A stretch of 64,000 nt of DNA. It comes from Patescibacteria group bacterium (lineage in GTDB: Bacteria; Patescibacteriota; Patescibacteriia; Patescibacteriales; UBA12465). Numbering within the stretch: position 1 is the first letter of the stretch; each line of letters opens with the position of its first letter. The position numbers were made by a program, and so were the translations under genes. The notes under the pieces are model-generated. The model worked only from the letters and a program-made list of their open reading frames with translations. It made no database searches and was not told the origin of the DNA. This document shows positions 9,038 through 17,539 of the stretch, in pieces. Location of the stretch: positions 4,892-68,891 of the forward strand of contig JBAYIC010000006.1 of NCBI GenBank assembly GCA_041665845.1, given 5' to 3'.

Positions 9038-10009
9038 TTATTGCTTTAATAGCTGTAATACTATTTTAATCATTCTTTCTTTATTTTTAGGATCACTTTC
9101 AGCAATAAATAAAGTTAAGGCCGTTAGCGCGGGTGGTGTAATCCTTGAACTTTCAAGTAAGTCTGCCTTTTTCAAAAACCAAATAAAAGCAAAGGCTCCG
9201 CTTCTCTTGTTTCCATCAATAAAGGGATGATTCTTTACCATAAAATATAATAAATGCGCCGCCTTTTCTTCTACGGTTGGATAGAGCGCCTTCCCATCGA
9301 ATGACTGCATAACATTGCCAACTATTCCCGATACAACATCCTTGCTAATTTCTAGGCCAAAAATATCAGTGGCCTTACCTTTTTTAACCAACTCTTTTTT
9401 AAATTCACCTAAAAATTTATTGAGTTGCTCAGCGGTTAAAATGACTTGTTTTTTAGTTTTTCCACCAGCCACCAAAGCATCCTTATCATAAGCATCAAGC
9501 GATAACCAAGTATCTGCGAAAGCAGTCACAAGCTCTAAAATACTAGCGCTGTCAATATTTGAGTCAACCGGAACTAGTTTTTTGATACTGCCTATTGCTT
9601 CTAAAAATTGTTGATAATGATTCTTAATTAAAACAGGATTAATCGTATAACCCTTAGTAATGTGCTGGCGTAATATTTTGGTCGCCCATTTTCTGAATTC
9701 AATCGCCCTGACCGAATTAGTTCTATAACCAACAGATAAGATTACGTCTAAGCTATAGTAAATTGTGGGTTTATCTGAATTTGCAATATGCATTTTTTGC
9801 ATATTGCTTTTTTGGCTAATTTCGCCATCTTTAAAAATTCTCGAAATATGTCTTGAAATAACAGACTGATCTTTTTCAAATAATTTTACTATGTCAGCTT
9901 GAGTTGCCCATATAGTTTCCTTATTAGAATCAGCTCGCAGTTCAATGGCCCCATTTTTTGCTTGGTACACAGCAATATTAGTGGTTTTTGTTATTTGTTC
10001 TTTTTTCAT
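9038..10009 (-). CDS. Fic/Doc-family protein with N-terminal RhuM-like domain
   Basis: The C-terminal HPFIDGNKRSG matches the Doc-type Fic motif HxFx(D/E)GNKR. The N-terminal AVYQ..G.IELR...ETIWATQADIVKLF...ISRHI..IFKDGEI...SVGYR..S..A..FRKWAT is RhuM-like. Confidence 0.8.
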   Translation of the reverse strand: MKKEQITKTTNIAVYQAKNGAIELRADSNKETIWATQADIVKLFEKDQSVISRHISRIFKDGEISQKSNMQKMHIANSDKPTIYYSLDVILSVGYRTNSVRAIEFRKWATKILRQHITKGYTINPVLIKNHYQQFLEAIGSIKKLVPVDSNIDSASILELVTAFADTWLSLDAYDKDALVAGGKTKKQVILTAEQLNKFLGEFKKELVKKGKATDIFGLEISKDVVSGIVGNVMQSFDGKALYPTVEEKAAHLLYFMVKNHPFIDGNKRSGAFAFIWFLKKADLLESSRITPPALTALTLFIAESDPKNKERMIKIVLQLLKQ

Positions 10010-10084
10010 ATTAATTATTACAACATAAGCAACCTAAGATACGGATAAAATAATTATAAAATTTATGCCCATCTTATTTCCAAA

Positions 10085-10112
10085 TCAAAAAATACATCCG
10101 TTTAGATGTATT
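10085..10112 (-). terminator. intrinsic terminator-like hairpin
   Basis: AATACATC-CGTTTA-GATGTATT with a T-run on the minus strand, downstream of the 10208-10618 gene. Confidence 0.5.
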
Positions 10113-10207
10113 TTTATTTAGCTTGCTTGGAAAAACAGCCTACAAACTTTAATAGCTAATTGTAGTGAAGATTAGAGTACAATTTTAACTTTTTAACATG
10201 GTTCTAT

Positions 10208-10618
10208 TTAGAGTTTTAATATGTTTTGATATTCTATTATTTCTTGATGCAGATTATTTAATTTTTCATTCAAATAGTCTATTTGACCTTTATATGTTAG
10301 CGATGCTTCGTCATCACTGGAAGCAAGCAAATGTTTTTCAGTAGCATTTAGATCTTTTTGATACATATCTATTTCTTTTTCTAACAGTGGGATAATTTCT
10401 TTGCTTTTTCTAATTAAAGCCATTTCGAAACTTTCTTTAAATTCAGATATCGCCTCTAAATCTTCCTCTGATAAATCAGTTCTTTTCATTTCTTCTACCA
10501 GTTTTTCGTATTCAATTTTTTCACCTGGTATTTCTGATCTAAGTTGAGTTATTTTGCTTTCTTTATTTTTTTGTTTTGCTATTGATTCCGCGGCTAGTTG
10601 AATAGAGTCCTCGTTCAT
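10208..10618 (-). CDS. hypothetical coiled-coil protein
   Basis: 136 aa, rich in E, K and L with heptad-like character. No family recognised. Confidence 0.5.
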   Translation of the reverse strand: MNEDSIQLAAESIAKQKNKESKITQLRSEIPGEKIEYEKLVEEMKRTDLSEEDLEAISEFKESFEMALIRKSKEIIPLLEKEIDMYQKDLNATEKHLLASSDDEASLTYKGQIDYLNEKLNNLHQEIIEYQNILKL

Positions 10619-10803
10619 AAAATTATATTTATATTTTTATATCTCGCTATAAATAGCTTAACACTTTTTATTCCCTTGGCATATATACTACAGCATCTTT
10701 CGCGCCGTGGCTACTTCTTTCATCCGAATCGTTTAGAACTTTTGTAACAAAAAAGCCATCCGATAAAATGACTTTTTTGTCTTTTCTTCGAATGGCCAAG
10801 TAA

Positions 10804-11655
10804 CTAAGTAGCTTTATCGAAATTAAAATCATTTTTCGTGAAATTTAGTTCAAGTGCATTTTCGGGGAGATTTTTAGGAAGAAACCCAGCAAAAGAAAGA
10901 ATATCGAGATAGATAAATATCCTATCTATGTCAATCAGAAGCTCTTTATCCGGTGAAAACATCCCAAATTGTTCTCTTGTTTTTAGCGTGTACAGATTAT
11001 GATTATTATCTACCCCGCCCGGCATACAAACATCGAGCACCCTTTGAGTTGTTTTTTCTTTGCTCTTTTTGTCTTGCTCCTCATTAAATCCATCTTCTCG
11101 CAAAAGATTAATAAATTCCTTAAGAGCATCCGCCTGTTTCTTTTGTGGCTCTATATCTTCTTTGAGCCATTTTATTGCTTCCTTTGTCTTTGCAAGAAAG
11201 CCCGATAAAATATATTTGGAACAAGATATTATGTTCTCAAACTCATTTTGTTCAAAAAGAGTGGGCAAAGTAGTTATAAGTTTAACATGGTTTTTGTTTG
11301 GAATAGAATTTATTCCCTTAGCTAGACCCGCCTCCGCGTATCCCGCAAATATCATTGCAATAGTTGCAAAGGAAGATGATTCAAAACATAATTTCATTAT
11401 GCTTGCTTCTCTGAAAAGTTTCATTATGGGCGCCAAGCAGTAATGAGTAAAAATTATTACTGTTGCCCGATCTCTTTTCAAAAGTTCGTTTTCAAAAAAC
11501 TTAACACCATTTTCAAGCGTAGGTATTTCGTTATTAGTGTCGCATAAAATTATGCCGGCTGTTTTGAGTTTCTCCTTGATAAGAAGATCTATCGCTAAAA
11601 AATTTGGCTTTTCTAACGATTTCCTAAGTTCTTCGTTTACTAGTGGTTCTTTCAT
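10804..11655 (-). CDS. hypothetical protein
   Basis: 283-aa ORF with no recognisable motif. The antisense ORFs in the track are shorter shadows of it. Confidence 0.5.
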   Translation of the reverse strand: MKEPLVNEELRKSLEKPNFLAIDLLIKEKLKTAGIILCDTNNEIPTLENGVKFFENELLKRDRATVIIFTHYCLAPIMKLFREASIMKLCFESSSFATIAMIFAGYAEAGLAKGINSIPNKNHVKLITTLPTLFEQNEFENIISCSKYILSGFLAKTKEAIKWLKEDIEPQKKQADALKEFINLLREDGFNEEQDKKSKEKTTQRVLDVCMPGGVDNNHNLYTLKTREQFGMFSPDKELLIDIDRIFIYLDILSFAGFLPKNLPENALELNFTKNDFNFDKAT

Positions 11656-11768
11656 TTTTTTAATTTTTTCTCGGCTTTCAGCCTACGGGTTATGTTTATT
11701 ATATATGTTTACTAAAATTGTTAAGGTAACAAAAAAATATACCATTTGGGTATACCTTTTGTCAATCT

Positions 11769-11799
11769 GCTCGTAATTTGGGATATAGTTGAAACTGTT
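11769..11799 (-). repeat. degenerate copy of the tRNA-3'-end-like repeat
   Basis: gctcg..taatttgggatatagttgaaactgtt aligns with the 14681 and 16350 copies. It is preceded by a hairpin module at 11729-11773. Confidence 0.4.
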
Positions 11800-11816
11800 T
11801 TAAATAAACAAAAAAA

Positions 11817-12614
11817 CTAATACGGTAAACAATATTTTATTAATTTATTTTTATTGATAAATTTAAGAAAAAACCAAGCAATAAAATTATTTCGCAAAAA
11901 AGATGGAATATGCTGAAAAATATCAAATTTTGTCTCAACGGCTGACCATGTGTCAAATCCCGCGTCGACCTTAAATTTGAATAATCCTGAATTATTTTGA
12001 GAGGCTATACCAAAAAAAATATAATTATGAGCCGTTTCTTTTAAGAGACTGTCATATAAAAAATTGTTAGCGCAAATTTTCTTACCCAAATGATTAGATG
12101 ATTGAATAAACATGAGATTGCCTAACATAAGCGCGAAGGAGACTACTCGATCATTCTTCTTCACTATCCAGAGACTACTATAAGATAATCCGCAAACCTT
12201 TTGGAAAAAATCGCGACTAAAACTGAAAGTCTTCAAGATGTCCATGTTTTTTTGATACATCACATAGCAATTATTAATCACATCAATCGAAGGGTTGTTA
12301 ATTATCTCTAAAATAAGTGACTGTTTTTTGGATTTATTTACCGCATTTCTAAAATTCTTGGTATATTTATTATAAGATTCTTGATAGCTTTCTGGATGTT
12401 TTAAAAAAAATAATTTATAACATTCTTTGTTTTTATTATCCTTGTCTAGAAGGTATTGGCATCTTATATTTGAATAATATTTAGTAGACCAAAAAAAAGT
12501 TTTCCCATTAAGCGTAGGGCAATCATTAATGTAGCTAATTTTTGCATAATCCATTAATATCTTGATAAATTCCTTGTTAATAAATGGATCTTGCGGGTTA
12601 TTGAATATAACCAT
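11817..12614 (-). CDS. hypothetical protein, possibly FemAB-like / Acetyltransf_6 (GNAT-fold) family
   Basis: 265 aa. The patterns NFRNAVNKSKKQ and ..GIASQNNSGLFKFKVDAGFD recall FemAB-like peptidyl/aminoacyl transferases. Weak call. Confidence 0.4.
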   Translation of the reverse strand: MVIFNNPQDPFINKEFIKILMDYAKISYINDCPTLNGKTFFWSTKYYSNIRCQYLLDKDNKNKECYKLFFLKHPESYQESYNKYTKNFRNAVNKSKKQSLILEIINNPSIDVINNCYVMYQKNMDILKTFSFSRDFFQKVCGLSYSSLWIVKKNDRVVSFALMLGNLMFIQSSNHLGKKICANNFLYDSLLKETAHNYIFFGIASQNNSGLFKFKVDAGFDTWSAVETKFDIFQHIPSFLRNNFIAWFFLKFINKNKLIKYCLPY

Positions 12615-12724
12615 ATTTTAAGGTTATAATATATTTCGGACGTGGGTGGCTAATTATGGAGAAAATTAGGCATTCATTTTTCAAACTTAATAATCGCAAT
12701 TGTTCTATCATCTTTTGATTTTGT

Positions 12725-13462
12725 TTATTTATTTAAATTAAAAATATTTTGTTTTATCTTTAATTTTTTCTGCAATTTTTTAGCATTGCCCTCTCCACCG
12801 ACATAACCAAACAGCTTTCTCATATTTTTTTCATATCGCGGCTCCTTTAAATCACTCAAACTTTTTAATAATAAATCTATTTCTGCTTGTTTAGGTTGTT
12901 TAAAACCAAGAGACATAAATCTCATACAGGCAAACAAATTCGCAGGATGGCTCAACTGATTTAATTTTAATCTTTTATTTTTTAAATCAGCCAGAGCACC
13001 TGGCAAGGATATTAATTCATCAAACCAATCCTCTCTAAAAATATCCTTTAGAGATATGGCGAATCCATTAATTGTAAAATTGGAGTTTTTTGCTAAATTT
13101 TTTAAAGCACTTTTTTCTTCTGCAATATGTATATCTAAATACAGATAATCATTATAAGCATGGATTGGCTTTGGGATTCGTTTTATTTTTACAACCACTT
13201 CATGTTTTCTTTTTATTTTACCAAAAATAAATCCCCTATGTCTTAAATTTTTTATAAAACCAACTTGGTCACCTATCAATAATATATCAAAATCTCTTTG
13301 GGGCAACTTTTGTTTGAAATATTTATAATAAACAGCATTTCTAATAGCCCCGCCTACTAAATATGCTTTAGTGCTCTTAGGGATAGAAGCAACAACTATT
13401 TTAAAAATTTCATTAGTTTTTTCGTCATGCAGGAAAAGTGGTAATTTTTTATTGATTTGCAT
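12725..13462 (-). CDS. PolyA-polymerase/CCA-adding-enzyme-like nucleotidyltransferase domain protein
   Basis: YLVGGAIRNAV ... RDFDILLIG matches the GGxVRD ... DxD head-domain signature. Start moved to the internal ATG at 13462 (MQINKK); the longer ORF start at 13573 is judged an extension. Confidence 0.55.
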   Translation of the reverse strand: MQINKKLPLFLHDEKTNEIFKIVVASIPKSTKAYLVGGAIRNAVYYKYFKQKLPQRDFDILLIGDQVGFIKNLRHRGFIFGKIKRKHEVVVKIKRIPKPIHAYNDYLYLDIHIAEEKSALKNLAKNSNFTINGFAISLKDIFREDWFDELISLPGALADLKNKRLKLNQLSHPANLFACMRFMSLGFKQPKQAEIDLLLKSLSDLKEPRYEKNMRKLFGYVGGEGNAKKLQKKLKIKQNIFNLNK

Positions 13463-13598
13463 AATAATAGTGATTATATGCGTATTATATCTAAATACGG
13501 AAATATATGGAACCAGCCAGAAATTAGAATAAATTATATTTAATAAATAAGGCTGATTTTCTAATAGCCTCAAATATTTTGATAAGTTTATTTCTTTT

Positions 13599-14063
13599 CT
13601 ATTTTTTTACTGTTTTTAATATTTCTGATAATTCAGTTTTGGTTTTTGTGTCGCCATAAATATAATAAAGCGCGGCAGGTATTGCATCTGCATTTAATTT
13701 CGGGTTTTCAGTATACATAATCTCTCTAAAAGGAAAAACTTTTTCGTCTGCTTCGGGATAGCCAACTGATGGCTTAAACCCGCCAATAATAATTTTTCCA
13801 TTTACACTCGAGACAATGAGCATTTCGTCTTTTTCTTTTACTTCATAATTTTTTGGGTATTTAATAGAAATTGAGTTTGATTTATATTCATTTAGCTGCT
13901 GCTCCTTTAACACCATGGATACTTGATTTTGCTGATTTACTACTTCTGACTTAATCCCAGAACTAGTTTGTTCTGATTGGTTATTTTTAACAATTTTATA
14001 ACTACAGCCACCCAAGGCTAAAACTAATACTAATAACGAAAAAATTTGAATTGTCTTTTTCAT
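13599..14063 (-). CDS. putative lipoprotein
   Basis: Signal peptide with lipobox: MKKTIQIFSLLVLVLALGGC. Confidence 0.65.
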   Translation of the reverse strand: MKKTIQIFSLLVLVLALGGCSYKIVKNNQSEQTSSGIKSEVVNQQNQVSMVLKEQQLNEYKSNSISIKYPKNYEVKEKDEMLIVSSVNGKIIIGGFKPSVGYPEADEKVFPFREIMYTENPKLNADAIPAALYYIYGDTKTKTELSEILKTVKK

Positions 14064-14289
14064 AATTTTATTTTTATACTTTTAAGCTACTCTTAGAATA
14101 TCATAAACACCTAAAATAGCAAAAATGTTTGAACTAAGATATTATAACAAAAACGAACATTTCTGCTCGTTTTTGTATTACTAACTCCGAGTCATGAATA
14201 AAGTCAGAAATAGAGTGGCTAAAATTAGAAGAGAATTTGAGTCTTAATCCTATCTAAATATTTTCTTTATATAGCATTAATTTAATAAT

Positions 14290-14652
14290 TTATAATAAAA
14301 TAAATATTAGACTATATAAGATACCTAACATTAAAAATACATTAATGATAATTGCCGGTATGAATCCTAACCACAATATCCAAGATCGCTCACCTTTTCT
14401 GTATGCAATAATACCTAAAATAAAAGTGGGTATAGAAAAAATAATTTCAACTATTACAATTTTTAATAATCTCGATACACCCGCTATTTTCATGTCGTAT
14501 ATGTCAGAATAAATATTTTGATTTAATGGAATTATTTTTATAATCATGTATGCAATAATTCCTAAAATTAAATAAATAAAAAAACTTGAAACCCACCAAG
14601 TAATTTTTAATTGAGGGGGTTGTTTAAACTTACTTATTGTCTGTTTTTTCAT
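14290..14652 (-). CDS. small multi-pass membrane protein
   Basis: 120 aa with 3-4 hydrophobic segments. Confidence 0.5.
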   Translation of the reverse strand: MKKQTISKFKQPPQLKITWWVSSFFIYLILGIIAYMIIKIIPLNQNIYSDIYDMKIAGVSRLLKIVIVEIIFSIPTFILGIIAYRKGERSWILWLGFIPAIIINVFLMLGILYSLIFILL

Positions 14653-14680
14653 ATTTATATTATAACGCTAAAACTTATTT

Positions 14681-14711
14681 GCTCGGGGACTGGGATAAGA
14701 TTGGAACGGTT
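14681..14711 (-). repeat. tRNA-3'-end-like repeat (copy A)
   Basis: gctcggggactgggataagattggaacggtt differs from 16350-16380 at only 2 positions. The first 9 nt, gctcgggga, are identical to the tRNA-Gln 3' acceptor end. Confidence 0.6.
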
Positions 14712-14756
14712 GCACTTATATAAGTCAATCGTAATAAAAACCATTTTTAAAATTTC

Positions 14757-16130
14757 TTAATTATTTATCCGACCGATTAAATCATTAATCTTTTTCTGAT
14801 AACTTTCAGCTGTCTCCTCTTCCCTTTTCACCTTTTTTAAATCTATAGCGCTAAACTCTCTAAGCACATTAGGGCCGACGATCTTTTCTATTCGGCGCAA
14901 ATAAATAGTCTCTCCTCTGAGATAAGCTCTTTGCATATCTTGCCATTCCTTATTCCTAGCCTCATCAAGACTAATATTTTCCTGCCCCGTCCTTGCTTGA
15001 GATAATTTTTCTAAAATTGCATCTAGCACTCTTATTTCATTATTATATCCATTCTTTTCCCGGAGCATCTCTTGATTTCTAACGTCAAACATTTCAGAAT
15101 TAAATTTTGACTCTATCTTTTGCTTTTCTTCGGCGGCAAGCTCTTCAAAGCTCAGTTTTTCCATTTCAAATTTTTGAATAAAGACATTCTCTTGAAAAGT
15201 TTTATACTTATCTGGTAGATACCGTTCTAAATTAGCCAGTGCTAAGGCTTTTTCTTTCTCTACTAACTCATCATTAAGCTTGGCAATTTCTGGATCAGCT
15301 TTAATAACATCAGAAATGATAGATTCTTTATTATTATTGAATATTTCACCGGCCATTTTCTCTGTTACCGCCTCATTAAGACTCCTGAGGAGGTCTCTAT
15401 TTTTCGCCTCACCTTCTTTAGCTTTCCAGACTGAACCAAAACCGCTTTTAGACAATCGGTTTTCACCCATATGCTTCCGCCCTTCTCGGTTATCTACAGC
15501 ACCGGCAAAATGCAACTCTTCATGGATAATAACTTTTGCGGAGTTCGATTTAACTTTAATATCATCCGAATCGGTATTATATACACCTGAATTTAAATAA
15601 TCTCCAGTATAACTTATTTTTTCTTCAGGTAGACCGCTTATCTCCACGCCCAAACTAGCTGCATGATCCTTAATTTTCTTATAGGAAACGGCCGCCAATA
15701 CTTTTAACTCGCGATACTTCAAAATTTCTTTCTCCTGCATCAACGACTCATAGTCTATCGATTTAGACGGCTCAGCATCTAACCACGGTTTTTTAATATC
15801 CACATATTCTTTATGCTTGTCCTGAAGCGCTTTTTCAGAATCTGTGATCAAGACTATCTTCTCGCCATCTAATTTCTTGATTTCGTTAATCGCCTCTTTC
15901 TTCTCATAAAAGAGAGCGGACGAGTGATCATCTTTTGAATCCATTATTAAATCTAAGGCTTCTGTAGTGTCTAGCCGACTCTCATCTTTAAGTTTATTGA
16001 GACTGTTGAGATAATTCTCAATTTTAACCGGCAAACTTTCAGTTATTTCATTTTTTTCGCCAGAAAACTTCGTCACTATCGGTTTTTCCTTACCATCTTT
16101 AAAAAAATTTTGGCTTTTTTCTGAAGTCAT
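14757..16130 (-). CDS. hypothetical protein with HExxH zinc-metallopeptidase-like motif
   Basis: VIIHEELHFAG contains HEELH. The rest is E/K-rich. Start set at the internal ATG 16130 (MTSEKSQ), which removes the overlap with the upstream small ORF. Confidence 0.55.
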   Translation of the reverse strand: MTSEKSQNFFKDGKEKPIVTKFSGEKNEITESLPVKIENYLNSLNKLKDESRLDTTEALDLIMDSKDDHSSALFYEKKEAINEIKKLDGEKIVLITDSEKALQDKHKEYVDIKKPWLDAEPSKSIDYESLMQEKEILKYRELKVLAAVSYKKIKDHAASLGVEISGLPEEKISYTGDYLNSGVYNTDSDDIKVKSNSAKVIIHEELHFAGAVDNREGRKHMGENRLSKSGFGSVWKAKEGEAKNRDLLRSLNEAVTEKMAGEIFNNNKESIISDVIKADPEIAKLNDELVEKEKALALANLERYLPDKYKTFQENVFIQKFEMEKLSFEELAAEEKQKIESKFNSEMFDVRNQEMLREKNGYNNEIRVLDAILEKLSQARTGQENISLDEARNKEWQDMQRAYLRGETIYLRRIEKIVGPNVLREFSAIDLKKVKREEETAESYQKKINDLIGRINN

Positions 16131-16140
16131 AAAAATAATA

Positions 16141-16308
16141 TCAACTTTTAGAGAGCAGCTCTCGTAAATCGTTAATCTTTTTTTGTTCAATCTTTTTTAG
16201 ATAAGAGATAGCTATTTCCCTCTGTCGAAAACCTAAATCCGCGACCTCCTCACGAGCTTTTTGATATATATCATCTATCTCTTTATTTTTATCTAATTCC
16301 TTGGTCAT
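16141..16308 (-). CDS. small hypothetical protein
   Basis: 55 codons from MTKELDKNKEIDD..., immediately upstream of the HExxH ORF. Confidence 0.35.
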   Translation of the reverse strand: MTKELDKNKEIDDIYQKAREEVADLGFRQREIAISYLKKIEQKKINDLRELLSKS

Positions 16309-16313
16309 ATAAA

Positions 16314-16349
16314 ACAAAAATACCACGGCAAGTGGTGTTTTGTCTATTG
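16314..16349 (-). repeat. recurrent intergenic hairpin module, copy 2
   Basis: acaaaaataccacggcaagtggtgttttgtctattg. The hairpin is retained with altered stem and loop bases. Confidence 0.65.
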
Positions 16350-16380
16350 GCTCGGGGACTGGGATATAGTTGGAACGGTT
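16350..16380 (-). repeat. tRNA-3'-end-like repeat (copy B)
   Basis: gctcggggactgggatatagttggaacggtt. Confidence 0.6.
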
Positions 16381-16397
16381 TTTTATAAAAACACCTA

Positions 16398-17261
16398 TTA
16401 ATTACCCCTAATTAAAGACCCTGTATTAAAATTAAATATGTAAGCCTCTTTGTTTATTAATAAACTAATAGTTTCCGTATTTTTATAATTTGTTTTTACA
16501 TCAAATACAACATCATACGGGTATTCTATATTATTTTTCACATTAATTATTTCCTCATCTTTTTTAAATGTTATTCCGTCCGTAAATGTTAGGCACGAGG
16601 TCAATTTGCATATATCATACGGGACATAACCCTTGTCCCAACAGGATTTTTCCATGTGACTAAATGACAAAAGATTATTTGTTAGTTTCTTTGTTTTTAA
16701 ATTATAGTTGGCAATACTAGCATCATTTACACAGTGATCATATTCTCCGAAACTTATTAAAAGATTATCTTTATCGACAAATTCAAGTAGTTCTGCGTTG
16801 TTCATTATTTTTAGATATTCAGTCCCATCAGAATAAAGAGCGCAGGTTGGAAATAATAGATTATCTATTATGTCTATATTTTCACCATCTTCTTTGATTA
16901 AATCGCACAAAGAGCCATTTCTGCCACAACCTTCATTGCTACTTTTTTTAATTGCATACTTTTCGCCAGTAAAAATATTAATGGTATTGTCCGTATATGT
17001 ATAGTCACCACTTTTCATATAGCTGGCATAAAAATCTTTAATTTTATCTTCACATGAATTATCGCCATCTTTATCAACTTTCTTATTTTTAGCCTCCTCT
17101 TTTTGAAAATCTGGTATAGTACCCGAAGAATTAGATAAGCTATTATCTGAGTTGGAATAATTTGTTACTTGAATTTCTCTGTTATGCTTTTCTTTAAGAA
17201 TATAAATAGCTCCAATCAAAATAATTACGCAAATTGATAAAAGCAATATAGTTTTTTTCAT
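16398..17261 (-). CDS. secreted or membrane-anchored Cys-containing hypothetical protein
   Basis: Start set at the ATG at 17261 (MKKTILLLSICVIILIGAIYIL). The longer ORF start at 17375 would run through the repeat region. Confidence 0.55.
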   Translation of the reverse strand: MKKTILLLSICVIILIGAIYILKEKHNREIQVTNYSNSDNSLSNSSGTIPDFQKEEAKNKKVDKDGDNSCEDKIKDFYASYMKSGDYTYTDNTINIFTGEKYAIKKSSNEGCGRNGSLCDLIKEDGENIDIIDNLLFPTCALYSDGTEYLKIMNNAELLEFVDKDNLLISFGEYDHCVNDASIANYNLKTKKLTNNLLSFSHMEKSCWDKGYVPYDICKLTSCLTFTDGITFKKDEEIINVKNNIEYPYDVVFDVKTNYKNTETISLLINKEAYIFNFNTGSLIRGN

Positions 17262-17284
17262 AATTGAATATTTAATAGTATATA

Positions 17285-17320
17285 ACAAAAATACCACGAA
17301 AATGGTATTCTTGTCTATTT
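17285..17320 (-). repeat. recurrent intergenic hairpin module, copy 3
   Basis: acaaaaataccacgaaaatggtattcttgtctattt, 24 nt upstream of the 17261 start. Confidence 0.7.
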
Positions 17321-17337
17321 GCTCGGGGATAGGGATT
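17318..17337 (-). repeat. perfect 20-nt direct repeat of the tRNA-Gln 3' end (att-like)
   Basis: tttgctcggggatagggatt is identical to 17536-17555, which covers part of the T-loop, the 3' T-stem, the 3' acceptor strand and 4 nt of flank of the tRNA-Gln gene. Confidence 0.8.
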
Positions 17338-17474
17338 ATCGCGCTCGCTTGGCGCCGGAAATGCGCCAAACTCACTTGTCCAGACCAGCCGCTAAGCGCT
17401 ACGCTTGCTCGCGCTTATCGTCGCTCGATTATTCGAATTCGCTTCCGCTCATTCTCATGTCTCGCTCGCTGCTT
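17338..17474. other. GC-rich insert of unknown nature
   Basis: About 57% G+C by hand count, in AT-rich surroundings. Contains a perfect hairpin TTGGCGC-CGGAAAT-GCGCCAA (17349-17369) and repeated GCTCGC motifs. Bounded by inverted copies of tRNA T-arm sequence. Confidence 0.5.
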
Positions 17475-17489
17475 GTTCGAATCCCTATC
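17475..17489 (+). repeat. inverted 15-nt copy of the tRNA-Gln T-arm
   Basis: gttcgaatccctatc is the reverse complement of 17547-17561 within tRNA-Gln. It also forms a 10-bp inverted repeat with 17328-17337. Confidence 0.7.
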
Positions 17490-17497
17490 GTTTCCAA

Positions 17498-17529
17498 ACA
17501 AAGAAAAAAGAAGGAATTAATTCCTTCTT
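17498..17529 (-). terminator. intrinsic terminator downstream of tRNA-Gln
   Basis: Perfect palindrome AAGAAGGAATT/AATTCCTTCTT followed by TTTTTCTTTG on the minus strand. Confidence 0.65.
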
Positions 17530-17539
17530 TTTTCTTTTG

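Noticed and set aside
13463-13573. N-terminal extensions of several track ORFs (starts at 13573, 16190, 16326, 17375, 33347, 39212, 59410, 60815, 62592)
   Set aside because: The extensions overlap upstream genes, repeats or promoter/operator sequence, and they lack signal or TM logic. Internal ATGs give sensible N-termini (signal peptides, conserved starts) and remove the overlaps.
7254-17337. CRISPR array as an explanation for the repeated ~30-36-nt elements
   Set aside because: The copies are kilobases apart and separated by whole genes. They are not regularly spaced, and no cas genes are present.
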